Shown here piece by piece: positions 8,429 to 17,251 of a stretch of 17,251 nt of DNA. The stretch is from contig JBMYNR010000035.1 of assembly GCA_049598495.1 (NCBI GenBank), positions 1 to 17,251 on the forward strand, read 5' to 3'. Every line of letters begins with the position of its first letter. The first letter of the stretch is position 1. Both the position numbers and the translations under genes were made by a program. The stretch is from Opitutales bacterium. Its GTDB lineage: Bacteria; Verrucomicrobiota; Verrucomicrobiia; Opitutales; Coraliomargaritaceae. Under the pieces are notes generated by a model. That model had not been told where the DNA came from. It made no database searches and saw only the letters and a list, made by a program, of their open reading frames with translations.

Positions 8429-8431
8429 GAT

Positions 8432-9460
8432 ATGAAAGACATCACACTCTACCTAACCGCCTGTTTCATGAGCGCATCGCTGGCGACAGCTGACCTCGTT
8501 CGAACAATAGATGGCGCTAAACTCACTGGAACAATCACTTCGATCGACCAAGGTATCATTCATTTGGATACTCCCTACGCGGGAACGCTCCAGATCAAAC
8601 AGAATCAGGTCGCCAGCTTCGAATCAGACGAGCCGCGAGTCCTCCGCCTGCAGAGCGGTACAGTCATGGCAGGCCCCATCAAGGGTTCCGAGGACGGAAG
8701 CATTCGCATCCAGTCTGAGGATGGAGTCCTGGAAACAAGCGCGGCTAAGGTCGCAGCAGCTTGGTCGCTGGGCAGCGAGGACCCTGAACTCGTCCGCAAC
8801 CAGCGTGCGTGGGACGTCGAGACGAGTATCGACCTAACAGGCAAAAACGGCAATACAGACAAGTATCGTTTAGGCACCAGCCTCGACGCAAAACTAACGG
8901 GGCCCGATGACGAGCTTGCTCTCTTCTTCGACTACGAACAGGCCGAGGAAGAAGGAAATCAGACCGAAGACAGAATAGCTGGCGGCGCTTCCTATCAGTC
9001 CTTTTTTCATGGCGCCTACGGCTGGTATGTCCGCACCGAACTCGAGGCCGATGCCATTGACAGTATTGATCTGCGCTCCACCACGGGCGCAGGTATCTCC
9101 TACAGGCTAATCAATAAGGATCATCAAACTTTAGTGTTCCGATCCGGTCTTGGCTATCGGTATACGGGCTACGACAATAACACCGAAAATGAGTCGAGCG
9201 CGACGGTCGACTTCGGGCTCGCACACAGTTACCACTTTTCCAATCGCCTCTTCATAGAAAACGATCTGACCTTTGTTCCAGGAATCGACGACTTCGGCAA
9301 CTACCGTGTGGTTCACGACAGTGGTATTGAGATTCCTGTAGGCATTGGCGAGAACTGGATGATTCGGATGGGTGTCCGCAACGAATATGAAAGCGAACCT
9401 GCCACCGACGAGCATCTGGATACCAGTTACTATACCCGGATAATTTACTCCTGGGATTAA
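8432..9460 (+). CDS. DUF481/YdiY-like outer-membrane beta-barrel protein with an N-terminal extension
   Basis: Signal peptide ending ATA, GKNGNTD motif, alternating amphipathic strands and a C-terminal IIYSWD aromatic signature. Confidence 0.75.
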   Translation: MKDITLYLTACFMSASLATADLVRTIDGAKLTGTITSIDQGIIHLDTPYAGTLQIKQNQVASFESDEPRVLRLQSGTVMAGPIKGSEDGSIRIQSEDGVLETSAAKVAAAWSLGSEDPELVRNQRAWDVETSIDLTGKNGNTDKYRLGTSLDAKLTGPDDELALFFDYEQAEEEGNQTEDRIAGGASYQSFFHGAYGWYVRTELEADAIDSIDLRSTTGAGISYRLINKDHQTLVFRSGLGYRYTGYDNNTENESSATVDFGLAHSYHFSNRLFIENDLTFVPGIDDFGNYRVVHDSGIEIPVGIGENWMIRMGVRNEYESEPATDEHLDTSYYTRIIYSWD

Positions 9461-9526
9461 TCCCAAAAAGAGAAGTCAGAATCTTACCATCAGCAATAAT
9501 ACCATCTGCCCTAAAGTCTGATCTGG

Positions 9527-9667
9527 TTGCAAAGACAGGGGCGGACGCCCTAAAGGGCGCACGCCAACCCTTAGGATGGAGTCTTCATCCAGCTCACGCT
9601 GGATGCTACCGTGGGCGTAGTTTTTGCGAAGCCGAAAGCCGCCCAAGATACTTGCGCGAGGTGGCGG
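9527..9667. repeat. Hairpin cluster including a GTAG-type REP-like unit
   Basis: - strand 9609-9586 reads GTAG-catccagc-gtga-gctggatg (perfect 8-bp stem). Further stems at 9546-9559 (cgccc-taaa-gggcg) and 9639-9667. Confidence 0.5.
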
Positions 9668-9761
9668 ACGCATAATACCGCTTTAAAAATGCAGCCTCAG
9701 CACTCTGTTGCCATGACAGCATGCAGCTGCGCCTCAACAGATCCGTCTTCGCTCTGACCGC

Positions 9762-9877
9762 TAGAGCCTAGTGGATTTAGTTAGAACTTCTGGTGAGAGC
9801 CGTTTCGAGAGGCGCGCAAGGCGTCCAGTCAGGCGTGCCCCGAGGTGAATCACTGGCTGGACAAGGCCGCGAGCTCT
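9762..9877. repeat. Dispersed structured repeat, copy 2
   Basis: 92/97 identity with 4975-5071. Its outer stem tttcgagag/ctctcgaaa is better preserved here than in copy 1. Confidence 0.9.
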
Positions 9878-9949
9878 CGAAAAAGGCCTCATCCCTGCCC
9901 GTTCGGCGAGCTCAGGGCCTTGAATCGATCGATAGGCGGAACAGACATA

Positions 9950-10318
9950 TTAAAGCTCGCGACCGCCCGAGGCCCAACGAAGGGCAATCTCCCGCTGCTG
10001 GACGTCGTAGTAACGCACCGCCGCAGAAGTGAAGGGCTTCGATAAATTCGCCATCCACTCTTCCCACTTCTGGTCACCCACTATCGCGATGCGGCTGAAG
10101 TCACCATGATGCTTGAGGTCGAACTTTGTGTCTGCCCACAGCGCCCCCGGGGTCCATCCGTGAAAATTCTTCAGCTCAAGGTAAAGCGCAATCATATGAT
10201 ACTCCTCAATCTCGGTCTCCATCAGAGATGCAATGATCTCAAAATCCAGTTCAGTGACCTTATCACTCAACTCGATTGCGACGAAATCGCCCTGCGTAAC
10301 TGGTAATAGCTCGTGCAT
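9950..10318 (-). CDS. SpoIIAA-like (STAS/SEC14-like) protein
   Basis: 122 aa with F.GW...ALWAD.KF..KH..DFSRIAIVGDQKWEEW...VRYYD....ALRW, the pattern of the SpoIIAA-like family. Confidence 0.88.
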   Translation of the reverse strand: MHELLPVTQGDFVAIELSDKVTELDFEIIASLMETEIEEYHMIALYLELKNFHGWTPGALWADTKFDLKHHGDFSRIAIVGDQKWEEWMANLSKPFTSAAVRYYDVQQREIALRWASGGREL

Positions 10319-10755
10319 AACACCAGCCTAGTCCCGTGGCACTAAACGGCAATCAAATACGAACCAATTTCCCCTCTGCTTCGGTCGCATTCAATTCGAG
10401 TAGCGGCTCAAATGCGCTTCGGGCAACCGCGAACCGGTATTCCTCAAGCGCCAGTGCCGCCACTTGGGCTTCACCCAAGTGCACAACACATCCTAGCCCT
10501 CCGTGGCACGCTCCGACCCGGAACCAGCGCCGGACCGATAAAGTAACCTCACAAACCGTGAAAAAAATAATGAGCGCACCCCAGCGACAATCGATGCGGG
10601 TTTCCTCTTTTAGCTCATTCTCAGATCATCTCCCAAGAAGAATAGGGTCTTAAAACTCAATTGCCATGAGAAAAGTTCTTCCCCTTATATCTTCGTTGCC
10701 CACGCTTGTTCGTGCTTGCATGGGGCATCAAAAATACCAGCCTTTCGGCCAATTT

Positions 10756-13992
<3,237 letters not shown>

Positions 13993-14000
13993 CTCCTACC

Positions 14001-14852
14001 GTGCAACCAGATAGTATCATCGCACTCCTCTATGGCCCGGATCAACCGGGCCTGGTTTCGCGTGTGTCCAGCTGGATCTTCCTGCGCGGGAGTAATATAG
14101 TCCACGCAGATCAGCACGAGGACCCTGAGGCCCAGGTCTTCTTCCAACGCATCGAGTGGATTCCTTCCGGAAAGATTGATGAGGAATCGGAAAGCTTTAA
14201 GAAGTTCGCCACCGAGGAACTTGGCATGCAGGCCAAGGTAGCCCTCTCCACAGATCGTCCTAAAGTGGCTCTTTTCGTTTCAAGAATCGACCACTGCTTT
14301 CACGATACTATTTTACGTTTTCGTTCGGGTGAGATGGCCGGCGAGCTCACTTGCGTGGTCTCCAATCACTCGGCACTATCCGATGAAGCCGATCGCTATC
14401 AACTACCCTTTTACCATATTCCTGTCACAAAGGAAACCAAAGCGAAAGCTGAGGCGGAGCAATTGCGTGTCGTCCACGAGCATGGTGCAGAGCTAATTGT
14501 CATGGCCCGCTACATGCAGGTACTCTCCAACGATTTTTTGAATCAGGCCAACTGCCCGGTCATCAACATTCACCACTCGTTTCTCCCTGCTTTTGCCGGA
14601 GGCAAGCCCTATCACCAAGCCCATAGCCGAGGGGTCAAACTGATTGGAGCTACGGCTCACTACGCGACAGCCGACCTCGATGAGGGCCCCATCATCCACC
14701 AGGATGTCACCCGAATTAACCATCGAAACGCCATTCCTGATCTCATCCGCAAGGGCCGTGATCTTGAGAAATCCGTCTTCGCTCACGCCATCCGGCTCCA
14801 TCTCGATAATCGGATTCTAGTTTACAACAACAAGACGGTTGTTTTCGACTAG
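14001..14852 (+). CDS. purU: Formyltetrahydrofolate deformylase
   Basis: N-terminal ACT-like GPDQPGLV, then ARYMQVLS, INIHHSFLPAFAGGKPYHQAHSRGVKLIGATAHY, DEGPII, NKTVVF. Confidence 0.96.
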   Translation: MQPDSIIALLYGPDQPGLVSRVSSWIFLRGSNIVHADQHEDPEAQVFFQRIEWIPSGKIDEESESFKKFATEELGMQAKVALSTDRPKVALFVSRIDHCFHDTILRFRSGEMAGELTCVVSNHSALSDEADRYQLPFYHIPVTKETKAKAEAEQLRVVHEHGAELIVMARYMQVLSNDFLNQANCPVINIHHSFLPAFAGGKPYHQAHSRGVKLIGATAHYATADLDEGPIIHQDVTRINHRNAIPDLIRKGRDLEKSVFAHAIRLHLDNRILVYNNKTVVFD

Positions 14853-14938
14853 CAAGCAGCCACTCATTACGAATGGCGAATCGATGATTACTGAAATTTG
14901 CCATCATTCATCCATCTGCATTCATCCGCCATCTTATC

Positions 14939-15631
14939 ATGTATCGCCCTAAGAAAAACAAAATCAAGAACCCCACCATCGCCGACGATCAGCAGGATCA
15001 ACTCGATGAGCGCCATCTGATCGACGTCAAAGACTCCGAAGAAATCTCATTCGAAGATCGCATCCAGATGTATTGGATGGAGAACAAGGGCTTCATCAGT
15101 GGATGTATCCTCGTTCTTGCGCTTGCGATCATTGGTTTCAATGGGATGCGCATTTACCAAGCTCAGGCCGAAGCTAGGCTTCAGGCCACGTATATGGAGG
15201 CCATCGAAGGGGAGACTCTCGCCGACTTCGCCACCGCCCACGCCAACAAGGATCTGGGTGGTCTCGCGGCCCTCCGTGTTGCCGATGAAGCCTACAAAGT
15301 AGGCGAATTCGACCATGCGGTCGAATTCTACGTTATCGCTGCAGATGCACTGGCTGACAATATCCTCGCCGGCCGCGCGAAAGTCGGTGAAGCATTTGCC
15401 CGTTTCTACGCGGGCAAGGAAGACGTCGCGCTTGCTCAACTCGCGGATATTGCTTCGGACATCACACTGCCCGAAGCTGCTCGTATCGAAGCCGCTTACC
15501 ATCTCGCCGTGGAAGCAGACGTCAAAGGTGAAAAGGAACTCTACCAGCGGTATGTCGCCCAAGTTCAGGCGAGCACCATTGCTACCCAGTGGAAGCAGCG
15601 CCTGACTATATACGAGCAACAGGCACGCTAA
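14939..15631 (+). CDS. Membrane-anchored helical-repeat protein, YfgM/TPR-like
   Basis: YWMENK precedes one TM helix (GFISGCILVLALAIIGF), followed by Ala-rich TPR-like helices; this is the YfgM-type architecture. Confidence 0.65.
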   Translation: MYRPKKNKIKNPTIADDQQDQLDERHLIDVKDSEEISFEDRIQMYWMENKGFISGCILVLALAIIGFNGMRIYQAQAEARLQATYMEAIEGETLADFATAHANKDLGGLAALRVADEAYKVGEFDHAVEFYVIAADALADNILAGRAKVGEAFARFYAGKEDVALAQLADIASDITLPEAARIEAAYHLAVEADVKGEKELYQRYVAQVQASTIATQWKQRLTIYEQQAR

Positions 15632-15651
15632 AGCAAATTCATGAATCATAG

Positions 15652-17118
<1,467 letters not shown>

Positions 17119-17142
17119 TCGGTATCGATTAAAATTTCATAC

Positions 17143-17171
17143 AGCCCGACGGTTTACCGTCGGGCTTTTTT
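17143..17171 (+). terminator. Intrinsic terminator after eno
   Basis: agcccgacgg-ttta-ccgtcgggct followed by a T-run. Confidence 0.92.
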
Positions 17172-17251
17172 ATGGTTCATCTTCATTTTGCGTAATCCCC
17201 TCAGGTTTGTCCTCCTATCGGAATAGGTCTCAAACTGTTAAATTGTGTGGA

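Noticed and set aside
9476..10077. Small ORFs 9476-9673, 9793-10032, 9845-10045, 9889-10077
   Set aside because: They overlap repeat elements or the SpoIIAA-like gene and have non-protein-like composition.
14873..14927. Inverted repeat atggcgaat/atttgccat and doubled cattcatcc between purU and the YfgM-like gene
   Set aside because: Short and imperfect with no U-tract; there is not enough evidence for a functional call.

Overview
This 17.25-kb window is mostly housekeeping chromosome, probably from a Verrucomicrobiota (Opitutae-like) bacterium; that assignment is inferred from the gene set and protein style, not from a search. In order it holds: a hairpin/REP-rich stretch and a tRNA-Leu(AAG) gene (- strand), a large hypothetical protein, an ArsR-methyltransferase (SahR-like) regulator, a HemY-type porphyrinogen oxidase, a small secreted Cys-rich protein, a YmdB phosphoesterase, ilvB, a DUF481-like outer-membrane protein, a SpoIIAA-like protein, carB, purU, a YfgM-like protein and eno. 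No transposase, integrase, CRISPR array or defence operon is visible, and I found no clear novel multi-gene system. The notable items are small: a tRNA-Leu with the rare A34 anticodon AAG; a 19-bp duplicate of its 3' end built into a hairpin element; a signal-peptide-bearing metallothionein-like protein with a palindrome upstream; a 267-bp MITE-like insertion with an 8-bp target duplication; and a structured ~100-bp repeat present twice.
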